Shown here: positions 1-13,697 of the stretch, in pieces
Position numbering within the stretch: the stretch's first letter is position 1
Layout of the letters: the number at the start of each line of letters is the position of its first letter
Notes under the pieces: generated by a model
The model's database searches: none
The model's input: only the letters and a program-made list of their open reading frames with translations
Told to the model about the DNA's origin: nothing
Translations under genes and position numbers: made by a program
From: Podospora anserina
Lineage: Eukaryota
Assembly (NCBI GenBank): GCA_017654855.1
Contig: CM030332.1
Span: 5,084,001-5,148,000 of the forward strand
Direction: 5' to 3'
Length of the DNA stretch: 64,000 nucleotides

Positions 1-949
1 TCCCGGGCCAATTTGCGAGACCTTTGCGGTCGATTACTATCATTTTGAAGGCCGAGGGAGGTTGCCGGCCATGGTCCACGGCCCAAGACATCTGTTCCTG
101 CTAACGTGAAAGAGGCAAATGGTCGTCGCAGAAAATTGGCGATTTCTGGGGAGCTCTGGGCAATCGATGGGGCCGTGCCCGATGTGTCGATACCACCCAT
201 GTTGCAAGTTGCCCAGCGATGCCCAGCTTTGGCGGGGGAGATGATGTCTGCCCTGATCAGTGATGACGTACCCTTGTACTGATTTTGAGGTTGCAAATTT
301 TAGGAAGCGCATCAGGGTGAATGGCAGCATGTGGAGGGAGGTACTGGAAACCGCGGGTTGCTCTCTGTGATTCCGGGTCAAAGAAATCAATAGGTAGTGA
401 GACGGTGGAGGGCTTCATGAGCCGTCATCTTCTCCTCGGCCGGTATTCGTGTTATTCTGACAGCTGAAGCTTGCGCGGAGCGGAGTGGCTTGGATCTGGC
501 CAGTGCTGAAAGAGTGCAGCTCTCATGGCTCGCTTGGGCGGATTGTAGCCCCACTCTTTTCGATGCATGGTGGTGTGCAGCGCTCGAGCGCCGTGTCCGG
601 GCCACGGAACAGGCCTAGTCAGCCACCGCATCCACCGCCCAATATCACGCTACTCTGTACGTACTCTCCGGGCTGGGTCTTGCATCAGCTGCAGGTACCA
701 CATCTCTCGTCATGCCCGATCGGCAGCCTGCCATGAGCATGGGGGAGAAAAGCCCTCCATGCGTATATATCCCCGCTCCTCCCACCTAGCTGTACCTATC
801 GAGAGCTCCCGGTCTTCAGCAAGCCTCACCAACCACACAGATACCCTCGAATGTCCGGGTCCAGTCCAAGAGCCAACCACGGCTAGCCACCTCTTACAGA
901 CTATCAACTATATCTACCTCACCACCCACCACTCACCAGACGGCCGGTT

Positions 950-1693
950 ATGTTCTGTGGCCTTCCTCACCACCACCACACCAGTCATCGAGCCCTCCGC
1001 AGTTTCCGGAGTCACAACCGTCTTAGAAGCGAAGCTGCCTCACATTCAACCATGCACTTCCGTCACCACCACAGCCAGCCGAGCAGTGCCAGCTCGCTGG
1101 CCAGATCCTCCATGGAGTCCTCATCATCTTCAGTATCACGACCTTCAACGAGCGGGGGAAAATCAGAACTTTCAGTCGACTGGGACCCGCTCCGTCTTCA
1201 CCCACCTCTTGCCTGCGCCCCGGTTCCACATCTTCCCGAGGAGACGTCCAGCAGACGATATCAACCCCACGAGCTAAGGCAAGCTCGATCTATGCACAAT
1301 CTCCGAGCCCAACAACACAACAACCACACATCCCGGCACAACCACCAAGCCTCAACAGCAACTGTTATCTATGGGGGATTTGACTTTGGGTTCGACAATA
1401 GTAGAAGCCATCAGACCTCGGCCAGAAGACCACCCTCACCAACGCCAAGCACTGCTTCGGATGCCTCATCACTGGACGGCACTCGGGATGCCGAGGAGTG
1501 GGGCGATAACTTCATCGTTACGCCCCTCCCGGCCCCGCGCCGTCGCCCCCACCCTCAACACACCCCCGGACAACCGGCCGCCCTGTCCGAGGCCGAGAAT
1601 TTTATCAAGAGGGGCGGCTGGAAAAGACGAGGAATCGTCTTTGTGAGCGACACACCTGCTCTGGCTCCTGAGGAAGAGACTTGGGAGGTCTAA
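950..1693 (+). CDS. Hypothetical Ser/His-rich fungal protein
   Basis: 247-aa ATG-initiated ORF; low-complexity, with conserved-looking blocks LSVDWDPLRLHP and EAENFIKRGGWKRRGIVF; no family recognised. Confidence 0.6.
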   Translation: MFCGLPHHHHTSHRALRSFRSHNRLRSEAASHSTMHFRHHHSQPSSASSLARSSMESSSSSVSRPSTSGGKSELSVDWDPLRLHPPLACAPVPHLPEETSSRRYQPHELRQARSMHNLRAQQHNNHTSRHNHQASTATVIYGGFDFGFDNSRSHQTSARRPPSPTPSTASDASSLDGTRDAEEWGDNFIVTPLPAPRRRPHPQHTPGQPAALSEAENFIKRGGWKRRGIVFVSDTPALAPEEETWEV

Positions 1694-4324
1694 ACAATCT
1701 TTCTTTCAGCTCACTGTACCATCATCGACTATACTATTTTCTCTTTTGTCTTCCCTCTGTACACTTTTAATTTCCTTTTTCCACATGTACATGACCCAAA
1801 GCGGGTCTTTTCTGCATCTTAGCCGGCGTTGGGTATTTTTTTTGAGGCTTTTTGGGTCAAGGAATGGGTCACCATCAGTTGGTCAGGACATCGACTGGGC
1901 CCTTCATCGAAAGATTGGTCATGTCATTTGTGCATTTGGATGGAGTTTCATACATCACTCGAGATACCACTTTTTTTGTTACATTTTTCTTTGGATATGG
2001 GGGAGTGGGTTACCGCTACTACAACGGGTTACGGGCTTTAGGTGCCCATTTAGGAAATCCCGAGCTTATACAAGCAAGGGCGGCAGTGGATGGTCAGGCA
2101 ATGGTCAGACAGACAAAAAATAAACACTTTCTTTCACCTTGTGCTTCATCTTCATCTGATCTCGTTGTGAAATCGGCCATTACAGAATAAGCTTTTGTTT
2201 TGGCCCGTGCATTAGAAGATCACACTATGCTTCATCTTCAACTGATGTTTTCCCCCCCTTGCAGCAGAATTGTTTTGTTTCAAGTAGCTGTACACTCGGG
2301 TAAGAAAACATTCGACTCCATCAACGGACAAGTCTGTGTGTAAGTCGAGAACAGGCCCAAAATGGCATCACCGAGCCACATCGGCAAAACACGGGAATAG
2401 CGTTGGCAAACACAAAGTGTGCCTACACAACAAGAAAACGAAAGGTCAGAGATTGCCGCAGTCACAATAGGTGTGGGTGACAAAAAGAAGTCATGAGGCC
2501 AGAAAATGGCTGAGGTGTGCGTCGTACTTGAGCCATCCCTTGCTTCCTTTTGGTTCGTGTACCTTACCTGGTGTACCTGCCTTGCCTGATGACAATAACC
2601 CCTGTCGTGGACATGCTGCAAGCACTACCGAAGCCACGCACGCCTTCTTTGTGACTTCCTCTTCCAGGAGCCATCTCTCTTTCCTCTCTCATTGTGAAAG
2701 CCGAGCCTCACCGAGCCGAACACACGAGCCGAGAATCTGAGTATGTACCTCCGTCTCCGCGCGCACTCCCCCGCCTCCGGTCATCGCAAGCCACGAGGCT
2801 CTCACAAGGCGACTGGAACCATTTTCAGTATCCCTTGATTAAACAAGACGACTCGATATACGTGGCCCTCCGTGACCACCAAGTCGTCGTCACAAAAAAA
2901 CCACCCTACCTATCTGCCATGGATGTCATGTCGCCCATGGCCAGTTTTTTCTTGTCCAAGGTTGAGTCATCCAAAAACAAAAACAAAAAAAGGCGGAAAT
3001 TACACTACCTACCCTCCCGCCTAATAGCCTGGGCAAAAACGTTCCCGTGATGGGAAAAAAACCTGTGGTGATAACGTAAACCTTCCTTGATTTTTTTTTT
3101 CATGGTGTTTTCCCGTCCCTTGGCACCCACCACCACCACAAATTCACACAACTCCGTGCAAGTCCATTGGGTCTTGGCAGGGCAGGGTGACAATCATGGG
3201 TGTCCATGATGATGACACATTCAATCCCGCTCATCTGCACGAAATCCGTCCTGCACTATTCATACCCTTGCTTATACCGCAACTGATGAACTCATCACCT
3301 CACCCTGCCCAACAGCATCACAATGACAACCGGCCGGCCGGCACTCCTCCAGAAGAAAACACTTCTCATCATGGCAGCACCGTCTCTTCAATGAAACCTC
3401 ACCCTCCACTCAAAACCAGTTCCCATCCCCAACTTATTACAACATCTTCCATACCTCAAATTACAGCGTCACATATCCCATTCTTCCACTCACAAAACTT
3501 CCCTCGCCCATCATCCCACCCACTGCCGGCTCTCTCGGATAGTCTCACTTATACCATCAAAAACTAGCGGTCAAGATACTCCGGCCTTCATCAAATCAAG
3601 AGGCGAAAACACACTCTCCCACCTTAAAAAACTCCATGCCAATACTCCAAAATGCAACCCGACACACAGGTTCTTACACAACACTTCTCTCTTAAACTTC
3701 CAAGGCCCAACTTTTCCATCCCGTTCCATCCAGAACAGCCATTTTTCTCCCCTCTGCCCCTTGGCTTACATCCATCCGACCTAGCCAGTGTACCTGCATC
3801 CCGCCCCCCCATCCTTATCCTTATCGGGCATACCACACAGGAAAACATCACCAACAATCCCTACCTTACCCATCCATCGTACATGCAGAGTGAACAATTT
3901 TCACCGCACTGCTGAAAAGAAAAGATGACTTGCATGCCTTGGGCTGGAATGCACACAGCTGAGAAAACTGCAACCTCACGGCTCACGCGGCAAAATTCTC
4001 AAAAACTAACACCAGCACCGTCTCATCGCCGTCGTAGAGTGTGTGTGTGTGTCAAATGATCAATTGATATCTAATCACATCCACATCTTGTAACTTGCTC
4101 TCATAGAAGCTAAACCTGTTCCTGTCAAAAAACATCAAGCAAAGCTGTCACACCAAGAAAATCTCTCCTACGGAGCATCCCCTCCTTTTCTCCCTCCGAC
4201 TCTCCTGCAGGTACCACACACACCGAGTAGGGAATAGCGTCGGTACCTGAACCACCATCCGATCTCCCGCAGTAGCCAGCACCAGCCAGCCTGCCTTCCA
4301 AAGAAGCCATCCCATCACAGCACC

Positions 4325-7300
4325 TCAATACGACCCCTCTCTCCCGTCATAATAACTCTCCGCCACAAACGAGTTCATATCCCCCGGCCAAATCCTCGTC
4401 GACCTAACCGGATGCCCACTCTTCAAAGTCAGCCACGGCAACTTCGCCCCTCCTTCATTCGGCGCCCACATCGCAATGGCAATATGATTCTCCGTCCCAT
4501 TCGTGTAAATAATCCCATCCGGCACATGGAACTCGTTCTGAGGTCCAAACTTAGGAATATACCTCCCAAACTGATAGCCATTGACATAAAGCCATGCCCG
4601 GCAGCCATTCGCCGCCCTCTTGCTCTCGTCCGTCTCCTGAAACACAAAGCTCAGTGGCGTATCGTATATTCTGTCCCAGTTGATCGTCAACTTCGCAGAC
4701 CAAAACCCAACACCTGGCTTGTCGAGTCCGTCCTTGAATGGATTCTTCGAGGTATCTCCAGACAGCGGAGCTCCCGGAAGGTGGTAGCCCATTCTCTCAG
4801 CAAACAGACCCCCTTCGTTCAGAGGGCCCCTCACCTTGTCTGCATAATACTCCCCCTTCCAGTTGCCCGTCAGCTTCCAGTCAATGGCCATGACGATATT
4901 GTGCACAGTTTCGTCAAATATACCGTAGTTCATGATACCACGCGGCGACTTCATGCGGTTTGCCCCTACTATCAGGTTCTCCTCCAAGCCCATGTTGTCG
5001 ACAAGGACAGTGAGGTTGTAGTTGACCAGGTTGTCGTAGTTCACCTCCAAGTCAGGAAGATAGTACAGCGTATCGTTGCCCTCGGTGCCGAGATTGCCGT
5101 CAAAACTGTAAAGGAATTGGTCGTTGAGCCAGACAGAAACTGCAAATCCCGGGCCGCCCTGGGTGTACAAGTTCAAGGCCGCCTTCACCCTTGCCGCCTG
5201 GAAGTGACCTCTGAAGAGGAGCACTCCGGTGTGAAATCCATAGTCGGAACCGTAAAGAGAGGTGGGTGTGTATGCAGGGGCAGTGTCGGTGTTGTTGGTC
5301 ATGAGAACTGATCGAAGCCAGCCAGAATCGTTGTAATCCGACTGGATCTCAGGCAGACAGTCACGGTAATTCCACTCTATTCCAGTGACGAGATCCGGCG
5401 TGCCAGTATTGTCGGCAGACTTGTAGTCAATTGTGACTACCCAGTTACCATGCTCATTAACTGTGTAATTCACTGGGTCGGAATTCACAGTGAGCGTTCG
5501 AGCGAGGAGTGGAACGTTCATGATCTCGAGTGTGGTTGTCTCGTTGAAATCACCCATCAGGATCAGGCCCGTGGTGATCCCGCCCTCAAGCCAAGTCTCG
5601 GCTGCTGAACGGATCAGATAACCGCCGTAAACAATGATCGATGATGCCCCCTCGGAGTACGCTGGGACCAAATCCACCGTCCAGTATTTGTAGGCAGATT
5701 TTCGATCTGTAACACACAAAGTGTTAATCAAGACCCCGTCGTCGCAAGTACTTCTTCGCTGTGCAATACTAACTTTCAAAGTGCATATACACATAATTGT
5801 TGATCACTGCCCATTGTCTATCTGGACCGATTGTCCACTGAGCGGCAGTCGTATTTATGTCAGCGAAAAGATTGACACCGCTGCTTTCAAGGATGGGGTC
5901 TGTCCAGGGGTGGGTGAAGCGAAGCTCATGATACTCGCCAATATTTCCGTAGATCACAATGGTTGTCTTGTTGTAGCTGTTCCAGGTGAGAATTTCTGCC
6001 GAGCAGTAAGTCATAAAGAACCCGCCGAAAGGGTAGTCCGTGACGAGTAGCTTGGAGTCGCGACCAGACAACACAAAGTTGGCTGATTTTGCCGGCAGAT
6101 GCCACCTCCCGGAGGCTGTGGGTAGCTTGAGAGTGAAGGCAACGTCGTCAGTCTGACGATAGTCACGGTGACGGATAACGTAGAATGTGCCGAAGTCGCC
6201 GGTGAGCTGAGTTGCAACAAGCTTGTCGTCTGTGGAATTCATCTGAAACCCAACTATGCCTTCGGTCATGTTTTCGAATGGCATTGCTGCCAAGTACCCT
6301 GGAGAGACTTTGAAAAAGTTGGCTTGAAGCTTGAGCTCAGAGTATTTGGGTCGGCCAATGGTGCGGTCTTCAGCAATTGCCTGAAGAAGGTGTCAGCTCA
6401 TGATGATCAAATCACAAAAATTGACAGACCGCTCCATAGTCATAACTGGTGTAGACATAGGGATCTCCCAAGTTACCCCAGTTTGTTCCGCCAAAGATCT
6501 GGACGGGGTCAATGTTTGGCTCCTAAATAAGTCCCTGCAAAGACACTCACCATGTAGACGTTGAAAACCTTCACACCGGCCGCATAGCTGTTCTTGAAGA
6601 GCACGCGAGCCTGCACGTCGTCGAACAGCTTCACGCACTCATCATATCCCACAGACCCCCAGGTGTCATAAGCACCGCCCTACGTGCCGAGTGTGTCAGT
6701 TTCGCAAAATCAGAGCAAGAAGGTCTCGGTAGTCATTTGATTCTTACTTGGAACTGCAACTAGTCAGCGTCTCTGGAGCAACGCAAGATGGCGGAGTAGA
6801 GATCTCATGAGACTCACCTCAGGGATTGTGTAGGGGGTTCCTGGACTCATGCCGATATGCTTCGACCAAAGATCTGTGTAGGTAGCATTCTCTGGCCAAT
6901 CCTTCGCCGAACAGTCAAGACCAAAGGGATAAAGATCATGACCGTAGATATCAACTTCGCCCACACCGATACCGGGGCGACTGTTTCCGGCGGGCCAAGC
7001 GTCGTTGTTGATGATGGGAATAGTGATGCTCGCGTTCTTTGCCTTCTCGATGAGCCATTGCATATATCCGCTGTCAGGAAATCCTTTGTAGCTGTCGGTG
7101 GACATGCTGGAGATATTGTCAACTGACTATCAGAAACGCATTCTGGACTGGCACCAACGAACGTGTATTCATTCTCTACCTGATAGAGAATGACCGGTCC
7201 TCCGTTGTCGACTTGCCATTTGGCCATGAGATTGGCAACCCTGACGACATAGCTGGTTGTGGAGTTAGCCTCAGTGCTGCGGATAGCCTTTGGTGACTCA

Positions 7301-8047
7301 ACCTACTTTTCAGCAGCCTGTAGAAACTCGAGGTCGGCAGTTCGTAGAGTGGGCGTGGTTCTCTGCAGCCACCCCGGCAAGCCGCCTCCAGTGACTTCGC
7401 CATCTGCCACTGTGTCAGCTGTGTCTTGCTTGACCCCAGGGAACAGGGAAATAAAACTTACTGATGTAAGGCCCTGGCCGGGCAATGACATATAAGCCAT
7501 TCGTCTGAGCGAATCCTATAAACAAGTCCAAATCAAACCAACCAACCTCGTCCCACTCTCCCCTCAGTGGCTCCAACATCATCCAGGGGACATAAATACT
7601 GACGGCATTGAAGCCCATGGCTTTGATCTTGACCAGCACATCGCACCACAGCTCGGGGGACCGTGGCAGTCGGAAATAGTGGAATTCTCCGCTGTACAGC
7701 ATGATCCGCTCGCCATAAACGCTGAGTGAGTTGTTGTCATAGGTCACAGCAGGGCCTTGCCAGCCTTCGGGGCGGACTTTGATACGTTCCTGGTTGTAGT
7801 TGTAATACGAGAATGGGGAGGACGTGTAGAAGTTTGAGGTCGAGTTCGTGATTGGGTTGGAGACCGGTGTAGAGGTTGAACTGTTGACTGGGAGCTGCGG
7901 AAGAGGAAGTCCCCCTCCCGGGCCGGAACTGATCGTATGGTTGAGCTGCCAAGTGTAGTTTGGCATGACATAGTGTATAGTTGCCAGAGCTGGCGCCATG
8001 AGGGAGAGAGCCGAAATCATGGCGATGATGCTGGGGAGTCTCGCCAT
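4325..8047 (-). CDS. Secreted GH35 beta-galactosidase (multi-exon)
   Basis: Signal peptide [42 protein letters not shown], acid/base YQVENEY, nucleophile [42 protein letters not shown] after removing canonical introns. Confidence 0.93.
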
Positions 8048-8856
8048 TGTGCCTTGGTGCAGACTGAATTCTGTCTGGGACCGTAATTTGGTGAGAAGAG
8101 ATGGTCCTTGAAGGTCAAAGGTAGAGGAGCTGGATGAACGGAAAGGGTTTGGAGACTTCCAACGAAGGCCGGGTGCCAGATGCTGGACGCCTACCTCCTC
8201 TGGAATCAACGTTGCTGGACGTCTCCTTCCTCTTTATATCGGCAACCGGTCCCGGCCGTCCCCCCAGTTTCCAGGCTGCGGCCATGTTTTGGGTTCCATG
8301 TCCGGAGCTTGACCGCCTTGCCTACCTAGTAGAATACTGATGTTTCGCCTGGAGAGAGGACCGCCGTATCCTCATACCATTAAAGGCGGAGACCTGGGTC
8401 CCGCCCACTTGCTTCATCAGACAAGGTAAGAAGTGGCATTGTAGGTGCACTTTCCACCTCCCTACTTGAACAGCCCTCCCCACAAAACCCAAAACCAAAC
8501 AATTGACAGGATTGGATCCATACTTACCCCTCTCGAGGTTCCTCATCTCAATTCCGAGTTCAGACGATGCGGGAATGAATGGGAAGCCCGCACCATATTC
8601 GCCAAAGACAAACGGCCAGCGGAAACAAAGGCCGAAGCTGAAGGCCGCGAAATACTGCGGCAGAACCCACAGAGGTTTGTGAGTGACAACATCTTGTGAG
8701 ATGAGGAAAGTTGCAACATGTTGCACAACACGAGTTCTAGTGACATCTATTCTATCCTGTCTAACTCGAACTGCTTGGCTGGTAGTTGGGCCATATCAAG
8801 AGAGACACGCGCAGTATCGCTGTGGTTGATTATCATGTTGACAAACGGGAAGCCCT

Positions 8857-10356
8857 TCAGGATGCCCGCTTCTGTCCTCGAAACACAGGCAGTGGGACTG
8901 ACATGGACATCTTGGGTGGGCTGCCAGCTTCCAGATCTGACCACTCCTCGCTAGTGTTGCCGTCATCCTCGGACCACTGCGGTACAGAGATCATGTCGAC
9001 AGCCGCACCGTCCCTTTTCCAGACCCGGCCATCTTTCATGACAAAACTGACCTTCCGCAAAGCCTTCTCATCCTTTCGGGGGTTGGTCTCCAAAGCAATA
9101 ATGTCCGCTCGATTACCCTTCTCAAACCACCCAAACCTGAACCCAGACAGATCTCCACCACAAGCTTCCCAACCGGAAATAGTCGCCGCTTCCAATGCGT
9201 CCTCGACAGAAACGCCGCACTGTATCATAATCTCGACTTCCCGTGCATTGAGGCCGTGACTGAACGTCCCGGTGTCCCCACCAGCAGCCAAGCGCACTCC
9301 ATGGTCGTACGCCCTTTTGACCCTAAGCTTGCACTCCCGAAACATATCGGCAGGCAGCGCCTCGGCAGTAGCCAAAGTAGGGACCCATATTGTCTTCTTC
9401 TCTACCATTTTCTGGAAGAGTGGCTGCTCCAACTCGGCGGTATCCTCAAAGATGTGTTCAATAGTTGTGACACCTGCGTCTGCTGCCCACAGCGCGGCCT
9501 TGGTTTCGCCAGCGTGAGCAGCAACAGGAATCTCGGCTAGTTGTGCTTCCTTGACGATAGCTTCCATTTCTTCCTTGGAGTACAACGGAACTGCCGGGTT
9601 CCTCCTCTTGGGGGGGAACAAGACCCTTCCACCGGGTCCAGGCACATCTGGAGGGAACCGCATCGTTTTGCGTCGGTAATCACTGTAGAACTTGATCAAG
9701 TCGGCACCTTCTCCGACCCTCCTTCGGACGGCAGCTCTGACCCCGTCAACACCATCTGCAACGTCAGATGCTCGTGGGACAGAGAGTCCGAGTCCATTCC
9801 CGCCCAGCTTGTTTTCTACTCTGAGTTCATAGGAACCAGAGCTGGCAAGGGCGTCCGTGGCAACCAGGAGCCTTGGGCCGGGGGTCAAGCCGCGGTTGAC
9901 GCAGTCCCGCAGATTAGCGTCGGCGTTCCCTAGGGCTTCGGTCCCGAGATCTCGGTAGGTGGTGTAGCCTGCCAGAAGAGCAGCGCGGGCGTGATTTGTT
10001 GCGCGGACGATGCGCTCGACAGCTGACTGGTCGCGCATTTGTTGGGTGCCATTGCGTTCTCTGTGATTGTTGTTAGCCATCAAATCAGTAATTCATTTGG
10101 AAGAACAGGGGGCATACTCGTAGGAGTGAAGAAAGATGTGTGTGTGGGAGTCTACTAATCCAGGAAGCACCACCTTGCCAGTGAGGTCGATATCCCCATC
10201 TTTGGCGGAGAAGCTCTCCTCGGGGCGTTCGGTAACGCTCACAATCTCGCCCGTCCCAGGGTTGACTTCTATTGAGACATTCTTCACGAATGCCTTCTTT
10301 TTGGGGTCGAAGAGGAGGGAGGTGTGTATGTGGAATGTGGTTGACGGAATTGTCAT
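8857..10356 (-). CDS. Metal-dependent amidohydrolase (Amidohydro_1 superfamily)
   Basis: DLTGKVVLPGLVDSHTH metal motif, GYTTYRDLG, GADLIK, VAAH, TIEH, GGDTG, ADIIAL; one intron near 10067-10117. Confidence 0.9.
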
Positions 10357-10781
10357 GATGACAGAGTGGGGCACATGCATCTTTGCTTTGTAGGTGTATA
10401 GGACAGTGAGGGGAGCGGGAGTAGACATAAATGACCACGGAATTGCAAGGTGAAGGAAGGGAAAGGCGGAGGTGATCACTTATAGATAGATGTTGGGATG
10501 TCTTTAAATGAACCAATAAAAAAGGGGTTCCCTTGGGGCTGTCAGTGCAGCCGTTGGAGTTGCACCTGTGACAAGCAACAGAGTGGCCTTGTGCACCTTG
10601 ATGGCCAGCCTGGCCGCAAACACACCCACTCACCAGCACACAACACATACAAAGAAATTTTACAGCGCACACAAAACTGGAGCGGTGAGATGAGAGACGG
10701 AGGTGGTCAAGACCAATGCGGTAATTCCACGCATCATTATATTACAATTTTTGTAAATTCATTACACCATCTCACCCTCAC

Positions 10782-11241
10782 TCACTTCTGGTTCTTCTTC
10801 CTGAGCGTGGCCTCGTCCTCTGCTTGCAGCTCGGCATCGATCTTGGCGCCTCGAGATGGCTCGTTACCGTGCATCTTGGCCTATCAAACATGATGTTAGC
10901 CCATCTGATAAGATAATCGAGCATGATGACGGGAACATACAGGGAGTGTGGGGTCCTTCTTGAGTTGGGCTGTCTCTACAGAGTCTTCTGAGCCCTCATC
11001 CTGTCGCTCAGCGGCAGCACGGTTGACAAGAGACCGGTTATCCTCTGGATAAGGTAGAGTTGTTAGTACTTTAGGATTTAGGAAACGACGATGCTGGAGG
11101 ATTCGTACTGGGATCATTGTTGTTGTGAGAGTGCTTGACGCCTTCGTGGAATCGGTCTGATTCAAGCTCAGAGGACTTGGCGTTTCTCTGGTCGCCGGCC
11201 TCATAAACCTGGCTGTTCCCGACGTTGGAGTTTCCTGACAT
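10782..11241 (-). CDS. Small hydrophilic fungal protein (~110 aa, 3 exons), function unknown
   Basis: Exons 11241-11109, 11044-10940, 10880-10782 splice in frame to MSGNSNVGNSQVYEAGDQRN...DPKDNRSLVNR...DPTLPAKMHGNEPSRGAKIDAELQAEDEATLRKKNQK*. Confidence 0.8.
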
Positions 11242-11996
11242 GATGAGATATTTGATTGCTTTGGTGTGAGAATAAGTAGTAAGAAGGACGGTTGTTTGGG
11301 TGAGGTTGGGTTGAACATGAGTTGAAGTTGCGTCAGCCCACAGAGCTGTCCCGTCCCTTGAATATATACATGATCACACAACAGGCCTTTGTAGATCGTC
11401 AGTTACTCTTTAACGTCATGGCCTCACACAAGCGCAGCAACGGCTTTTTTTGGACCCATCTACGGGCATGAGCTCACTGGATCTACTGGAAAGGTTGGCG
11501 TGGTGAGCGCATACGTCATAGAAACCCACAAAAGAAGAGGAAACAGTGGGGCATAGCACAACACACTTCCCTACTATACATGATAGGCATACAGTGAGTG
11601 ATCCCGATCATGAAAATGCCACAGAAAGGCAGGCGATAGACAATGTGCCCAACTTGTTGCTATTATCAGCTCGGAGAGAGCGCTTTTGTGCTGTGTACAA
11701 GGAGGATATCCCAGATCGGAGCCGATGGTTTTAGGGCCGAGACAACGGAGATGCTCGCGGCTTGGCAAAGAATTGGAGCGGAACAAGGATGGAAGCTGCA
11801 GCATCGTGATCTCCGATTGGTTAGAGCTCCCCGCTTGAGGTAAGTGGCCCAAGCTCCTAAGACGCTCACGGTGTTTGCCTGCTGCGGACTTCCTTGCAGT
11901 CAACAACGACATCCAACCACAGTGCAAACAAAGCAACCAGACCAACATAAGCCCAGACACACCATTTTGAGCCTCAAAACATCAAGTGAAGACAAA

Positions 11997-12501
11997 ATGG
12001 GTTTCTTCGTCAGTACATCCCCTAAACCCATCCTTAAACATGACCAATTATTGACTCATCCTCACTTACAGCGCAAGACCAAAGATATCATCACCCTTTT
12101 CCACAAGGCTAGCTCGCCAGGCTCGAAACGAGTGGCTGCTTTGCTCAAGCAAGTCCAGGTCGAGGCAGCTGAAAAGGATCTGAGGCCTGAGTTCGATCTC
12201 GAGGTCACTGAGCAGCCTCCTACTCTCGATCAAGTCAAAACCATTCTCGACTATGTCGGCCAACCCGGCATTTCCTCGGTTATCAAGGGCGCCACCAGTG
12301 AGAATGAGGCGCTTCAGAAGTTCAAGCAGAGCGCTGACAACTTCCAAAAACCTCTGGTATGTCTCCCTTGTACTTTGTATCAATGGGGGGATGCTAACTT
12401 GTTGCTCGATGAAGGTTGTCGACTGGGCCAATGGCAAGGCTCACGTAGGAGAAAACGAGTCTGAGATCCTGAAGATGCTCAACGCTCTCCCCAAGAAATA
12501 G
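11997..12501 (+). CDS. FMP46: Mitochondrial thioredoxin-like redox protein Fmp46 (DUF1687 family)
   Basis: MGFF|RKTKDIITLFHKASSPGSKRV...FDLEVTEQPPTLDQVKTILDY...FQKPL|VVDWANGKA; introns 12009-12071 and ~12357-12414. Confidence 0.8.
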
Positions 12502-13070
12502 AGTGGCATCTTGCCAAGCCCCTTTCTATCTCTCTTTTTGTTTTGATATCAAAGATTCATCTTCTCCCCTCCCTGTATGTTAGCGAAGGATACTGGTACT
12601 GTTAGGCATGTACGTGATGAATTAGTACTGTGTTCTCTTTAAGACCTCGTGTTGTTGTTGTTGTTGTTCATATACAAAGTTGATTTTTCATGTGACAGGT
12701 AGAGAGAGTATGGCCTCAGCACAGTGTATTGAGGAGGAAAAGTTAAATGTCTATTGTAAAGGCACCACCAAAGGTCGACAATGGAGTGCGGAAGAAGTGA
12801 ATAGGGGTGCTTGGGTGAAGAGGTAGGCGGGGCAACGCTCCTGGGTTGCTTCTGGCAGAGTCCCTCATTCAAGTCGAGCTCACCAGCAAGCCTCGAGATT
12901 TCTACGACAGGATTTGGTATTGCCTGCATCACCTGAGAGACAATTCACTTTCTCAACAAAAGTAGGCCACACACCTGACTATTTTTGCTCGCCATGACCT
13001 TTGCACTCAACAACCAACACTTGCCCTACGGCGACCTCTTCTTCTACGCAACCTTTTTGCCCGCACAATC

Positions 13071-13133
13071 CTTTCCACACAACCCTCTTCCACATAACCT
13101 TTTTCCACATAACCTTCTCACAGATAACCTTTT
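13071..13133. repeat. Imperfect ~15-bp tandem repeat (about 4 copies of TTTCCACATAACCTT-like unit)
   Basis: ctttccacacaaccct / cttccacataaccttt / ttccacataaccttct / cacagataacctttt read directly. Confidence 0.6.
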
Positions 13134-13697
13134 TTCATTGTCCATCCCGCAGCCTTTTCTTCTCTCATCACCTTCCGCACCACATTCTATACTTTCACGG
13201 GTGGGTTTATTGTTTTCCGCCTTTTGGCTTTTGCCAATTCTCGATCTTGCTTGCGAGATTTGCCCCAAAAAGTCGACCTTCGTGAAGTTTTGGCAGTCTT
13301 TGCAGACTTCTCCAGGCTACCTGCTTGGCCATTACAAGTTCTACACGACCACGAGTAACCACTCTTCGACTATTTCCTCTTCTCGCCAGCGGCCAGGGAA
13401 GATTTCATTCATCTTGAAGTTTCTGGGACTTTTGCTTCACATTCGACGAGGCCGAGCTTCGACTCCAGAAAACCAATTTTGGTCGCCATTTTCGCTGAGC
13501 AACATCACAAACAAGAAATAGCCGTCGCGACTTCAGTTGCTTCCAAGTACACCGAAATACCGAACAGCAGAGCTACGATACTCTCTTCCCCTTCATCGGA
13601 ATCAAGTCACCGACCGTGACATTTATCGCTCTCAAATCAGGCTTGATTCAGGGAACTAGGATCTATCACAGGTCCGCGAAACTTGCAGTCTTGAAAC

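Noticed and set aside
3205-3290. ATGATGA...CTGA pair resembling a C/D snoRNA
   Set aside because: No convincing terminal stem and no recognisable rRNA or snRNA complementarity
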